Source: a virus | IMG/VR virus record: IMGVR_UViG_3300006947_000007 | Span: 1-64,000 of that record | Direction: 5' to 3' (one strand) | DNA: 64,000 nt | In this document: positions 28,280 through 38,248 of the stretch, piece by piece | Position numbering within the stretch: position 1 is the first letter of the stretch | How the letters are laid out: every line of letters starts with the position of its first letter | The notes under the pieces: model-generated | The model's input: only the letters and a program-made list of their open reading frames with translations | Told to the model about the DNA's origin: nothing | The model's database searches: none | Translations under genes and position numbers: made by a program

Positions 28280-28905
28280 TATATCATATTGCTGTGGTCT
28301 AATACATAACCCACAGAATCCTTATTAAGCAAAACGTTAAGTACAACCATAGTCATATTATCATAGCCACAGTTAAATAGCAAATGCTGTTTACATGTAT
28401 TTACAAAATACGTAGATCCGTAGTCCCAATGAAGAACTTTATCTTCTATCATCATGTAACTGTGTACTGGATTCATATTTTCTAATGGAATTAAAAGCCT
28501 AAATGAGTCTATATCTGTTCCGTAATTATCAATGTGTGCTGGAAAATATCCACCCGGTCGTAACTGTAATATATGGCATCTTATTAAGTGTTCTTTAATA
28601 GGATCTAATGTATCCTTAAATATGTCATAGACGGGTGTAGGTGTTTTAAAGTCACGTTCAGATAATGACGTGCCACACAAAGTGTTGTACTGTAGTAAGC
28701 TATCTAAGTCTGGTCCAGCACCTAGTTTGCCATCTAGATTTGTTATACTTAGACCCCACCTGTTGTTAACTGTACGTGGATTGTAGCGTGTATAATCATT
28801 TTCGTAGGGTAGTAGCTGTTCTAACGTATTATAAGGATTAATATCTTTATTAAGTTGAAACTGATCACCATATGCTGTTAAGGTGTTGTACAGTTGGAAG
28901 CTCAC
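28279..28905 (-). CDS. Aspartyl/asparaginyl beta-hydroxylase-like 2OG-Fe(II) oxygenase
   Basis: L.PGGYFPAHID, RLLIPL, YFVNTCKQH. Confidence 0.75.
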   Translation of the reverse strand: MSFQLYNTLTAYGDQFQLNKDINPYNTLEQLLPYENDYTRYNPRTVNNRWGLSITNLDGKLGAGPDLDSLLQYNTLCGTSLSERDFKTPTPVYDIFKDTLDPIKEHLIRCHILQLRPGGYFPAHIDNYGTDIDSFRLLIPLENMNPVHSYMMIEDKVLHWDYGSTYFVNTCKQHLLFNCGYDNMTMVVLNVLLNKDSVGYVLDHSNMI

Positions 28906-29828
28906 GTTGTGCTAATTTGTGCTAGTTCAACTAATGTTGCTGACAGATTGATCTCAGGATCACTTACCATACTATGGTTAACTAGTCCTTTTCTAATAAC
29001 GAGAATAGCTTCGTCTTCTCCCTCTGCTGTAGGACTCCATAACTCTAAGTTATCGTACATCCAACGAAATAAGTCTTCCATTTCGTCTGCTCGTACTTGA
29101 CTACACAACAACTGCCTTGCTTCTCTAATCTTACCAGACTTAATCATATCAACCATTTGTAGTCTATAATCTGCTGTGCTATTGTCTGCTTCTTGCGGAC
29201 TTTGTAATACACCGTCAACTGTATTCATTTGACATAAGTTTAAACATTTTCTTAGATCTGGATACGTTGCTTTTACATAACTGTCAAGCACATCTAGTTC
29301 CACTTCAACACCTTCTGTTACTAGTACTGTTGCTACTCTAGTTGTAAAGTCTGTTTGATCTAGTTTCTCTATATGAAAACCCTGGCACCTACTATGTAGT
29401 GCCGGAATAACCCTGTTAGGATAGTTACAGGTTAAAATAAATCTTGCTGTGCTGGCATACATTTCCATAACACCACGTAGGGCCGCTTGACCGTTTGGGC
29501 TAATGTAATCTGCTTCGTCTAGTAATACAACTTTAAAGTCACCAAATGGCATTGTTTGTACAAAGCCTGTGATCTTATCTCTAATTGTATCTACAGAGTT
29601 TTCTCGACTAGCATTAATCTCTAGGATGTCATATTGATCTACATCTAGTACATTTAATAATACCTTTGCCAATGTAGTCTTGCCAACGCCAGGAGCACCA
29701 CTAAACAATAAATGCGGTATTGTTTTTTCTGTTACCCAGCTTTGTACTTGTTTACGCTGTGCTTCATCTCTGAACACGTAATCTTCAATTACTGCTGGCC
29801 TATACTTTTCAGTCCAAAGTTCTCTCAT
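28902..29828 (-). CDS. Sliding-clamp loader subunit (gp44/RFC-small-like)
   Basis: LWTEKYRP, GAPGVGKTT, INAS, LLDEAD, QAALR, SRC, PDLR. Confidence 0.93.
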   Translation of the reverse strand: MRELWTEKYRPAVIEDYVFRDEAQRKQVQSWVTEKTIPHLLFSGAPGVGKTTLAKVLLNVLDVDQYDILEINASRENSVDTIRDKITGFVQTMPFGDFKVVLLDEADYISPNGQAALRGVMEMYASTARFILTCNYPNRVIPALHSRCQGFHIEKLDQTDFTTRVATVLVTEGVEVELDVLDSYVKATYPDLRKCLNLCQMNTVDGVLQSPQEADNSTADYRLQMVDMIKSGKIREARQLLCSQVRADEMEDLFRWMYDNLELWSPTAEGEDEAILVIRKGLVNHSMVSDPEINLSATLVELAQISTT

Positions 29829-29882
29829 TATTCTCCCCAGTTTACAAATAGTTTTAGATTTTTCTTTCCCATTATATTTCTG

Positions 29883-30314
29883 CTACTCTGACATCAACAT
29901 TGGATTTTTTGGAACAAAGGTTGAGATAGATCCTGCTACCTCTTCTGGCTCTTTGTCTGATACAGCGAGTATTTCTTTTGGGTCTACACGCCTCAACTTT
30001 ACAACTGCGCCAGTATCAGGATCTTCTACATCGATACCCCTACTCCAGCGACCGTGGCTGATGAGTATCCATTCGCCTATTTCGTAGTCATCTTTGTTGT
30101 CAGGACCTTTAGCAAATACTCGACCCCAACGTGGTTTAATTCCCTCGTCTTTGCCGTCGTCTGATTGAAGAATAATTCCACCTTTAGTAGTCCTTGCTTC
30201 GAAGTTCATCTCTTCGATAATAACATTATCTTTTATGGGTATAAGTTTACCCTTAATAGCATGATATTGGGTAACCTTACCACCCATCTTACCTGCATCA
30301 AAATTTGGTATCAT
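29883..30314 (-). CDS. groES: GroES-like co-chaperonin
   Basis: P..DNVII, TTKGGIIL mobile loop, GRVFAKGP, ILAV. Confidence 0.85.
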   Translation of the reverse strand: MIPNFDAGKMGGKVTQYHAIKGKLIPIKDNVIIEEMNFEARTTKGGIILQSDDGKDEGIKPRWGRVFAKGPDNKDDYEIGEWILISHGRWSRGIDVEDPDTGAVVKLRRVDPKEILAVSDKEPEEVAGSISTFVPKNPMLMSE

Positions 30315-31240
30315 ACTGCTTCTTCCTCCTCAAATAATTGTTCCTGAATAGCTTTTCGTTCTTTTTCAACACTACTAGGAACTGTTTTAGTTTCTTTAAT
30401 TGCTACTTGACTCGTATAAGAATCAGTTAATAAACTTTTATGTATAAAGAATCTTTCCATCTTCCGTGTATAATGATCCCATTTAGTTCCAACATCGGTG
30501 CCATCTGCTAATGTAATAACAAAGTCCCTTGCTAAGAACCAATCATAAATATCCTGGCAACTGTACCCAAACCGTTCAGGTTGTCCATGTACCATTTCTA
30601 GTTGAACAATAGGTTTTTGATTTACTATTGTTTGTTCAGCACCTAGTACTACTGGAAACTCGTACCCTTCTGTGTCAACTTTAATAATGTCAACGTCTTT
30701 AAAATCATACGAGTCTAGTGTGTTAACCTTAATAGTTACCTTCTCTGGCTCTATTGTTCTACGTCTTGCTTTGCCGCTTGGCAATGGAACATCAATATTT
30801 TCTATATGATTGTGACCAGCATTGTCTTTCTTAATTAGTATCTCAAATTGGCCTTTTGCGTCACCTAGGCCACGATTGTATGTACTAATATTGCCTGTAG
30901 TTTCTAACGATTCAGATTGATACCAGGATTTAATCATTTGGTCATCAGTCTGTGCTTGGGCTAATACAATATTTCTAAGTGCCATATTGTATGTTTGGGG
31001 AGTAGGCTCAAATCCGTGAACGTCTTTGGCCCATGTTGAATATTCTATACTGTTCATACCAATGTTCATACCTACATCTAATATAGTACGAGCATTTGGT
31101 TTTAACTCTCTTAGTCTTAATAAGTTTTGTTTTTGATACGGACCAGCATTTGCTATTCGTTGTTGATAAAAAACATCATCCTTATAGATCCAATATTGTC
31201 TCCCAATGGCGTTTGTTACTAGTTCTTCAATATAATTCAT
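30311..31240 (-). CDS. FkbM-family SAM methyltransferase (start revised)
   Basis: LDVGMNIG, FEP, TLD, IKVDTEGYE..V..GA. Confidence 0.88.
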   Translation of the reverse strand: MNYIEELVTNAIGRQYWIYKDDVFYQQRIANAGPYQKQNLLRLRELKPNARTILDVGMNIGMNSIEYSTWAKDVHGFEPTPQTYNMALRNIVLAQAQTDDQMIKSWYQSESLETTGNISTYNRGLGDAKGQFEILIKKDNAGHNHIENIDVPLPSGKARRRTIEPEKVTIKVNTLDSYDFKDVDIIKVDTEGYEFPVVLGAEQTIVNQKPIVQLEMVHGQPERFGYSCQDIYDWFLARDFVITLADGTDVGTKWDHYTRKMERFFIHKSLLTDSYTSQVAIKETKTVPSSVEKERKAIQEQLFEEEEAV

Positions 31241-31268
31241 TAACATACCCTCTTGTGTTATAACTTTT

Positions 31269-31297
31269 ATTATAACACTATTTGGTTTGATTGTCAA
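31269..31297 (-). promoter_or_regulatory. sigma70 promoter TTGACA-17-TATAAT
   Basis: Perfect consensus, extended -10 TG. Confidence 0.85.
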
Positions 31298-31332
31298 CCA
31301 TATTTTAGCTTGTTTTTAAGTTTCTGTTCGTT

Positions 31333-32541
31333 CTAAACTAGTTTATTTTTATCAAATTCAGCGGCTTCTTCCGAGCCTCCGGTAGCACTACCTTTACTAT
31401 AAGAGTGAGCACCCATACCTGCTAGTTGGCCGTTTTGTACAATTAAATATGGATCTCTAATTGGAGTTCCATCAAAGAAACATTCTAGTATTTCTCTAAC
31501 TCCATCAGCATATCTTGTTTGTGCTGATAGTGAAGTACCTGAAGTATGTGGCGTCATACCGTGATTAGGCATTGTTCGCCATACATGATCATTAGGTGCT
31601 GGTTGTGGGAACCAAACGTCTCCTGCATAGCCACTTAACTGTCCTGACTCTAGTCCTCTAGCGATAGCATCTTTATCACATATCTTACCACGTGCTGTAT
31701 TAATTATATAAGCACCTTTTTTACACTTAGCAATCAACTCATCATTAAACATGTGTTCAGTTTCAGGGTGTAGTGGACAGCTAATGTTAATAACATCACA
31801 AACAGCAACTAAAGATTCTACTGTTTCGTGGAAAGTAAGATTTAACTCTTGCTCTACTGATTCAGGTAACCTATGTCGGTCCATGTAATGTAAATGTACA
31901 TCAAATGGTTTCATTTTTCGTAGCACATCAATACCAATACGTCCTGCCGCGATAGTACCTATGTTCATACCTTCAACGTCATAACTTCTTTTAACAGCGT
32001 CAGCAATATGCCAACCGCCTTCGTTGACTATCTTGTATTGTGTGTGGTAATCTCTAACCATTGATAGTATCATCATAACGATATGTTCTGCTACACTTCT
32101 ACTGTTACAGTATGTAACTTCAGTTACATCAATGTTATGATCCATTGCCGCTTCTAAATCTACATGATCAGATCCAATACCTGCTGTGATTGCCATCTTT
32201 AAGTTAGGTGCTGATTCCATTTTTTCTCTTGTTACATAGTAAGGCCAAAATGGTTGTGATATAACAATATCAGCATCAACTAATTCTTTGTCTGCTGTAC
32301 AGCCTTCACCGTCTTTGTCACTAGTAACTACCAGTGTATGTCCTAGATCTTCTAAATACTTTCGTAGTCCTAACTCACCTGACACACATCCTAATAATTC
32401 CCCAGGAGTAAAATCTCTACCCTTTGGACTTGGTAATGTCATTCCATCTGGATATTTTTCTATTACTGGTAAATCGCTTAGTGGATAGCTTGTTGGCATA
32501 CCATCTGTCGGGTCGTCATATAAAACACATAATATTTTCAT
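31333..32541 (-). CDS. fdh: NAD-dependent formate dehydrogenase (metal-independent)
   Basis: LCVLYDDP, SGELGLRKYLE, ISQPFWP, TAGIGSDHVDL, AAGRIG, DRHRL, NTARG, GDVWFPQPAP, MTPH, GAHSYSKG. Confidence 0.96.
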   Translation of the reverse strand: MKILCVLYDDPTDGMPTSYPLSDLPVIEKYPDGMTLPSPKGRDFTPGELLGCVSGELGLRKYLEDLGHTLVVTSDKDGEGCTADKELVDADIVISQPFWPYYVTREKMESAPNLKMAITAGIGSDHVDLEAAMDHNIDVTEVTYCNSRSVAEHIVMMILSMVRDYHTQYKIVNEGGWHIADAVKRSYDVEGMNIGTIAAGRIGIDVLRKMKPFDVHLHYMDRHRLPESVEQELNLTFHETVESLVAVCDVINISCPLHPETEHMFNDELIAKCKKGAYIINTARGKICDKDAIARGLESGQLSGYAGDVWFPQPAPNDHVWRTMPNHGMTPHTSGTSLSAQTRYADGVREILECFFDGTPIRDPYLIVQNGQLAGMGAHSYSKGSATGGSEEAAEFDKNKLV

Positions 32542-33218
32542 ATTCTTTTAACTCCTGACTTGGCTTTAATTTCTTGAGTTTCTGTCTTTTCTTTAACAAC
32601 AGGTGTTGTTGTCTTAACCTTTGCTACTGCTGATGCTAGTCCACCACGAGGTGCTGTTTCTTCAACTGCTTTTCCAGTTGAACTAGCAATCTCATCTTGG
32701 GCTTCTTCTGCCGTAGCATCTTCAGTAGGTGCTGACGTTGGAACATTCATATTACTAGATGATAGTTCTACTTGTCTTTTTACTACCTGTGGTGCTTGTT
32801 CGAGTGTTTCTGTTGGTGCTAATACTTCAGCCGCCGCACTTTTTAAAGCAGGTTCTTCTTTAACTTCGACTGCCGTTTCGGCTAGTGCTTTTGCTAGTTG
32901 TTCGCTACTAATAATTTGGTCAGTATCATCTGCTTCTATAGTAGGAGTAGAGTCTGCTGTAATTGGTGAGTCCATTGGGCCATCTTGGTCATCCGGTACT
33001 GGCATAGTATCGTCAGTTGGTATAACACCATTATGAATCCTATAATAGTCTGCCATCACTTCTTCACGTTTTTGTACAACATCACCACCGGGTCCTAACC
33101 TATCGCCACGAGCATTAACGCTCATATTTCCAACAGCAATAGTTTCTTCACCTTTAAGAGACAATGTATCAAAGTCTATTCGTTTGCCGCTTGCTGTTTT
33201 GTATTCTTTTTTTGCCAT
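32538..33218 (-). CDS. Conserved jumbo-phage protein with long acidic disordered tail
   Basis: IAVGNMSVNARGDRLGPGG motif; GGAG SD; late box 33251-33256. Confidence 0.65.
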   Translation of the reverse strand: MAKKEYKTASGKRIDFDTLSLKGEETIAVGNMSVNARGDRLGPGGDVVQKREEVMADYYRIHNGVIPTDDTMPVPDDQDGPMDSPITADSTPTIEADDTDQIISSEQLAKALAETAVEVKEEPALKSAAAEVLAPTETLEQAPQVVKRQVELSSSNMNVPTSAPTEDATAEEAQDEIASSTGKAVEETAPRGGLASAVAKVKTTTPVVKEKTETQEIKAKSGVKRI

Positions 33219-33256
33219 TATATTATCTCCGGTTATATATATATATTATGTACTTA

Positions 33257-33766
33257 TTATCGCAGAAACTCTGAGAAGTCTAAACTGTAATATATTGGAT
33301 TAATCCTATTAATTCCAATTTTGTATAATACAAAACTAGACACACTAGATCCTCTGCCTACTCCCCAAACTATATTATGTTTCCTCATAGTTTCTACTAG
33401 GTAGTACATGAAATTTAACAATGGCAATAAGTTACGTTCTTGGAAAGCCAATAGTTCTTCACCTGCCCGTTGTAGCTCTGTGTCACTGTCACATTGTTCT
33501 AATACCCACTTTGATATGTCAAAATCTATATATTCTTTGGGCATAAACCAGTTGCTTTGGTTATTTTTATCAAATTCTTCTACACTAATATCCAAAGGTA
33601 CATACTGCTTTAACTTTGGAACATCACTATATAATTCCTCTACTGCTTTGTTAAACTTAATAGAGTCCTCAATGATAATAGTATTTAGGTCTATCTTTGG
33701 ATTAGCATAGATTATTTTTATAGCCTCTGCTTCGTTTAAATAAACTCGCCCGTAATGATCTTTCAT
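33257..33766 (-). CDS. Stand-alone N-terminal palm fragment of family C (DnaE-like) DNA polymerase
   Basis: GVGRGSSVSSFVLYKIGI..I.P....LDFSEFL aligns by eye with DnaE GPGRGS..LLFERFL; stops before catalytic PD.D.D. Confidence 0.8.
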   Translation of the reverse strand: MKDHYGRVYLNEAEAIKIIYANPKIDLNTIIIEDSIKFNKAVEELYSDVPKLKQYVPLDISVEEFDKNNQSNWFMPKEYIDFDISKWVLEQCDSDTELQRAGEELLAFQERNLLPLLNFMYYLVETMRKHNIVWGVGRGSSVSSFVLYKIGINRINPIYYSLDFSEFLR

Positions 33767-33772
33767 ACTAGT

Positions 33773-33801
33773 ATTATACAATATTACAAGTTAAAAGTCA
33801 A
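33773..33801 (-). promoter_or_regulatory. sigma70 promoter TTGACT-17-TATAAT, 6 nt before ATG (leaderless)
   Basis: Read directly. Confidence 0.8.
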
Positions 33802-33948
33802 GTACTTTTTACTGTACCAATCTTTAAACTCTAGGTCTTGTTCCATTTCCTGTATAACTTGCTTTGCTGACAGTTGATCAGATCTAATGCAGTCAGCTAA
33901 ATTTTGATAACGTCTTTCTTTGAGCAATTGTTGTTCGTTGGTTGTCAT
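33784..33948 (-). CDS. 54-aa small protein absent from track
   Basis: MTTNEQQLLKERRYQNLADCIRSDQLS..FKDWY; AGGAG SD. Confidence 0.65.
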   Translation of the reverse strand: MTTNEQQLLKERRYQNLADCIRSDQLSAKQVIQEMEQDLEFKDWYSKKYLTFNL

Positions 33949-33950
33949 AG

Positions 33951-34217
33951 TTATTCTCCTACATCTATAGAGTTTACTTGCTCCGGGTCTGTGTTCGCGT
34001 CGTAATCGGGTGCTTCGGTCTTTTTAACCCTTAACATGTCTGTACTACGTCTAGCTAATGCTTCTGAAGTTTCCATGATCATAATACCAACTTGATTACA
34101 TACTGACTGGTTACCTGATTGTCTAGCACCGACCATACGAGCATTTAACTTACTTAATCTTGTAGTTAGATCGTCTATGCTTAATTCATTTAAGTCAGGT
34201 GTTAGTGGGTTATACAT
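33951..34217 (-). CDS. Hypothetical coiled-coil protein
   Basis: TAATG-coupled. Confidence 0.6.
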   Translation of the reverse strand: MYNPLTPDLNELSIDDLTTRLSKLNARMVGARQSGNQSVCNQVGIMIMETSEALARRSTDMLRVKKTEAPDYDANTDPEQVNSIDVGE

Positions 34218-34630
34218 TACAGATCGCCATCCTTACGATTTTCGCTATAATATACATCAAAGTCTCCATCTGGGTAACGCGATTCTAATTTGTGTACATT
34301 TTCTGCTATTACTTCATTAGGGTCCAAACCCAATGCCCTACAACTAGTAATCCAATACCAAATAATATCGCCCAACTCTCGTTTAGCATGAAAGATTGTG
34401 TCTGCATCCAATGGCTTACCTTGGAATATACATTTTTTAACAATTTCACTGAACTCTCCTCCTTCTGATGCCATACCGATAGCACCTGTTAGTAACGAAG
34501 CCATATGAACACCGCTACTCTCTTCTAATGTATTTAATTGTTTTGTTAATGAACTTGTTTCTTTTGATTGTTCAGATGTAACTTTTTCTACGAATGCCAT
34601 ATAGGCGTTTAAATCGATTTGTTTTGACAT
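34217..34630 (-). CDS. mazG: MazG-like nucleotide pyrophosphohydrolase
   Basis: SEGGEFSEIVKK, RELGDIIWY, N..KL..RYP. Confidence 0.9.
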   Translation of the reverse strand: MSKQIDLNAYMAFVEKVTSEQSKETSSLTKQLNTLEESSGVHMASLLTGAIGMASEGGEFSEIVKKCIFQGKPLDADTIFHAKRELGDIIWYWITSCRALGLDPNEVIAENVHKLESRYPDGDFDVYYSENRKDGDL

Positions 34631-34663
34631 TGATTAACTCCATTAATAATCATACTATATCAT

Positions 34664-34693
34664 AGTATAACACTAAACAGTATATAAAGTCAA
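34664..34693 (-). promoter_or_regulatory. sigma70 promoter TTGACT-18-TATACT (extended -10)
   Basis: Upstream of mazG. Confidence 0.65.
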
Positions 34694-34720
34694 GTAAAGT
34701 TTAAGAAAAAATTGGATTAA

Positions 34721-35902
34721 TTATGCTACAGTACAGCCAGTATTGGAAATTAATGCCCATCCACCTGTTGTATTGTATACTAACATAGCAGAATCGCCTA
34801 CATCATTAAATGCAAGTGTTGTTCCGTTAGCAAATGTAGTAGGAGTAAGTGTACCAACTCCACCGTCAACAACCATTGTAATGATTTTAATTTGACCGTT
34901 AGTTCCATTAGCAAGTGTTAGTGCCTCGGCACCTGTTGTAGTAACTTGTGTAATTAATGTAGTTGTATTACACGCTCCAGCACCCGATAATGCTTGTACA
35001 GATCCTGTTAAGGCACCTGTAAACATTGTTGAGTATACGTTACTAAACTTCTTGGATGTGCTACCTAGGCTTCTAGTATTAGTTGTTCCAGGTAATATGT
35101 TTCCAGTTATAGCATTGCCGCCATTTCTTAGTAGTCTATTACTTGTTGCTTCGTCGGCGTGTATATCGATCTTCTTCCAAGCACCCGAGCCAGCTGTTCC
35201 AGTAAAAGCGTAAATAGAATCACCATCTATTGCTATCTGTCCAGCAACATCACCAGCTACTCCAACACCAGACTTTGCTGACGCTGTTTGTTGTATTTGA
35301 AGTACGTCGCCGTGTATTACGTTTGGCGCTCTGTTTAAATCTTCAATTGCTACTGTTGTTCCAGCATCTATAGTTGAGAATTTAAATCTGTATTTGCCTG
35401 TTGTAGCAAAACTAATTTGTCTGCTTGTACTATTGTAGTCAGCAAGTTCGCTAATACCTAATGTACATTGTGTAGGGAGTGTTAATTTATGAGCCGTGGA
35501 AGCCATGTCAACTTCTACTGTTACATTACCATATTTTCCAGTTGCGGGCCAGTTGCTAAATGATAAATCTATTGTAGCACTAGATGTTACTGTTTGAAAA
35601 TGTCCAGAGGAGAAATCAATTGCTACAGCACCTGCTAGTGTGCCTTTGTTAACTGTAGTCAACGACATATCTTTAAGTTCGTGATCTTCTATTAAACTGC
35701 CAGCACCATCATTCGATAGTGAAGTACCTGTTAACGCACTCTTAACGACTGCTTTCGCTTGTAAGTCTTCTAGCTCAGTTTTTGCTGAAGTTAAACTAGT
35801 TTTAATATTGTTAAAGTTATCTCTAAATCCCTGAGAGTCATTATCTTGCCCAGCAATTGGGAAGGTTGTGCTTATATTGTTAGGGTTAATGCTACTTGCC
35901 AT
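34721..35902 (-). CDS. Tail fibre/baseplate-associated structural protein
   Basis: FPIAGQDNDSQGFRDNF N-terminus, T/G/S-rich beta repeats; late box 35924-35929. Confidence 0.7.
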   Translation of the reverse strand: MASSINPNNISTTFPIAGQDNDSQGFRDNFNNIKTSLTSAKTELEDLQAKAVVKSALTGTSLSNDGAGSLIEDHELKDMSLTTVNKGTLAGAVAIDFSSGHFQTVTSSATIDLSFSNWPATGKYGNVTVEVDMASTAHKLTLPTQCTLGISELADYNSTSRQISFATTGKYRFKFSTIDAGTTVAIEDLNRAPNVIHGDVLQIQQTASAKSGVGVAGDVAGQIAIDGDSIYAFTGTAGSGAWKKIDIHADEATSNRLLRNGGNAITGNILPGTTNTRSLGSTSKKFSNVYSTMFTGALTGSVQALSGAGACNTTTLITQVTTTGAEALTLANGTNGQIKIITMVVDGGVGTLTPTTFANGTTLAFNDVGDSAMLVYNTTGGWALISNTGCTVA

Positions 35903-35926
35903 TTTTCTATTCTCCGTATACTGTAT

Positions 35927-38248
35927 TTAGTTCGGCGTGTCCATAATTGTTTCTCGTGGAAATTTGAGATATGTGTCGCCTGTGTTCCAATTTGTTTCTA
36001 CGTTATCAACATTACCAAAAAAGCTCGTATAAGCACCCTCAAACGTAGTTGTGTCACTGTCAAATGTTGTCTCTGCGGCAGTGGTCCATTTTTGAGTTGA
36101 TTTATTAAAGTTTTTACTTCTGCTGTTGTCCCAAAGTAACCGATCAACAGTAAAAGATGTCTTTTGTATTTCTTTTGTAGTGTTTGCCGCATCTAAGTAA
36201 TATTTAATGTGGTTTGCCTTTGTTGGTTTGGCATAACATAGCACCACCCCCGAAACATATCCTAAAACTTTACCGTCTGCTTGTGTGCTTCTCATCCACA
36301 GCGGCAACACTCTGCTATCTTGGTACCCAATCCCGTCAACTAATACTTTTCGCATAATTTCTAGGCCACTCGGGTATAGTTTTGTTTTATTCTTAACATC
36401 ACCTGTGATTAAATTAGTGTTACTTTTAGTTATCTCATCAACAGTTAATGGGGAACTATAATTGGTAATTGTAGTTGATGAGTTAGCCGTAATAGCTACA
36501 TTTCCCGGAACTACTTTTCCTAGTGTATTTGTTTCTGTTATTCTATCAACTATTTCTACATAGACAACTTCATACACAACTTTATCAGTGTCTGAGTCAA
36601 CTGCTTGTGCTGTTTTAATCTCGCTATAGTTTAGTTCTAACTTATAAAAGTTCTTCTGTAAAACATGCATGTACTCTGAACTCAACTTTGGTTGTAGTCC
36701 TTGTACTAATAACATCCTAGCATCATATTGTAATCCAAACTGTGGATCACTTCGTCTATAAATTAAGTCTAATGGTATGTTGTTAGTATTTGATAATACG
36801 TTCTTCCAAATGTCTCGTTCTGCCTGTGAAGATTGGTTAACTAGGTAAACATTTTCGTATGGCTTAAAGTTCTCATTTTTTATTGTTATAGTAAACTCAC
36901 GTTCGGCTCTAATATCACCACTAGCATTAATCGCCTGTATGGTTACTTTAGATGCTTTATCAAATGTTGTTAATTTCTTATCATATGATGTAGTATGGTT
37001 GTCATTTGAAAATGTTCCAAAGCCAGGAACACCTGTTATTGTGCCATCTGTTTGTAATGTTAAGCCTTGTGGCAAGCCACTTTTTGTGCCTGCTTTAACT
37101 TTATAATAAAAGTTTTCTAACTGTGTACTTGTTGCCTTAACCTGAAGTCGACTAGCTTCGCCACTAATAAGTGATCCTAACATAGCAGGACTAGACCAAG
37201 TTGGTGTAATATTACTATCAACAACTACATTTAACTGAAACACTTTATCAGTATAGAACGCGGCATCATCATTTTTAGAAGCTCTAACAGTAAAGTTATA
37301 TTCTTTTTTAATGTCTGTTATTTGAGGTAATGACCCGCTAATCCAACCTGTTGATGAATTAATAGTTATTCCCGATGGTAATGCTCCGGCACTAATGCTA
37401 TATGTTATGCCAGTAAGATCAAAGTCATGTCCTATTATGTGTACAAACCAATTATTGTTATGTAATACATTATTAAATATTGTTTCACTGTTTAGGATGA
37501 TCGGAGGATGTCTAGTATCCGAGTCAGCACCAAAGGTTTCCGAATCTGCTGTTATTCCGTCAAAAGACGATCTTAAATTATTTGTGGCCCGAACATCAAT
37601 TGAAAATGTTCGTAGTGATACATCTTTACCATCTGTTAATGATACTGTAAATTCATATGCTTTACTAATAAATGTGTCAGTAAAGTCATAGCCGTATTGG
37701 TCATAATATGTTTGGTCATAACCATCATCAGGTGTTCCTGGTATCTTTGATGGTATAATTGCTCCGTCAAGTCTTCCTGAAGAACTCATTGCAATGCCTG
37801 GTGGTAGTTCGCCCGATGATAATGTGAAAGTGTACGTATCGTCGGGGTCAGGATCATGTGCTGTTAACTGTATGTCTATATTCGTTCCGTCTTTAAATGT
37901 TCCCAAAGAGCCACCAGCTGTAATAAACATAGGAGCATCTTGTCCTGTTACTGTTAGTGAGAATGTTCTATCTGTTACAATACTATCTGCTGTTGCTCGA
38001 ACGGCAAACGTGCTAGTTACATCTTGGCCAACTTCTTGCGGAATACCTGCTACATCTACCTTAGTAGTAGGTTGTCCTTCTATAACGCCATCTCGTCTAA
38101 TTAATAGTCCCGGAGGCATTGAGCCTGCGATTAGGATATAAACGATATCAGAACTGCCAGCGGTAGCTATAACTGGAAGGCTATAATACTCGTTCTCTTG
38201 GATTGTACCAAGGTGTCCTGCGGGGGTTGTCCATATGGGATTACTCAT
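35927..38248 (-). CDS. Large structural protein with tandem putative Ig domains
   Basis: Repeated G.LP.G(L/I).....G.(I/L).G units. Confidence 0.75.
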   Translation of the reverse strand: MSNPIWTTPAGHLGTIQENEYYSLPVIATAGSSDIVYILIAGSMPPGLLIRRDGVIEGQPTTKVDVAGIPQEVGQDVTSTFAVRATADSIVTDRTFSLTVTGQDAPMFITAGGSLGTFKDGTNIDIQLTAHDPDPDDTYTFTLSSGELPPGIAMSSSGRLDGAIIPSKIPGTPDDGYDQTYYDQYGYDFTDTFISKAYEFTVSLTDGKDVSLRTFSIDVRATNNLRSSFDGITADSETFGADSDTRHPPIILNSETIFNNVLHNNNWFVHIIGHDFDLTGITYSISAGALPSGITINSSTGWISGSLPQITDIKKEYNFTVRASKNDDAAFYTDKVFQLNVVVDSNITPTWSSPAMLGSLISGEASRLQVKATSTQLENFYYKVKAGTKSGLPQGLTLQTDGTITGVPGFGTFSNDNHTTSYDKKLTTFDKASKVTIQAINASGDIRAEREFTITIKNENFKPYENVYLVNQSSQAERDIWKNVLSNTNNIPLDLIYRRSDPQFGLQYDARMLLVQGLQPKLSSEYMHVLQKNFYKLELNYSEIKTAQAVDSDTDKVVYEVVYVEIVDRITETNTLGKVVPGNVAITANSSTTITNYSSPLTVDEITKSNTNLITGDVKNKTKLYPSGLEIMRKVLVDGIGYQDSRVLPLWMRSTQADGKVLGYVSGVVLCYAKPTKANHIKYYLDAANTTKEIQKTSFTVDRLLWDNSRSKNFNKSTQKWTTAAETTFDSDTTTFEGAYTSFFGNVDNVETNWNTGDTYLKFPRETIMDTPN

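Noticed and set aside
33257-33766. Split intein in the DnaE fragment
   Set aside because: Protein ends at FSEFLR with no intein N-terminal block
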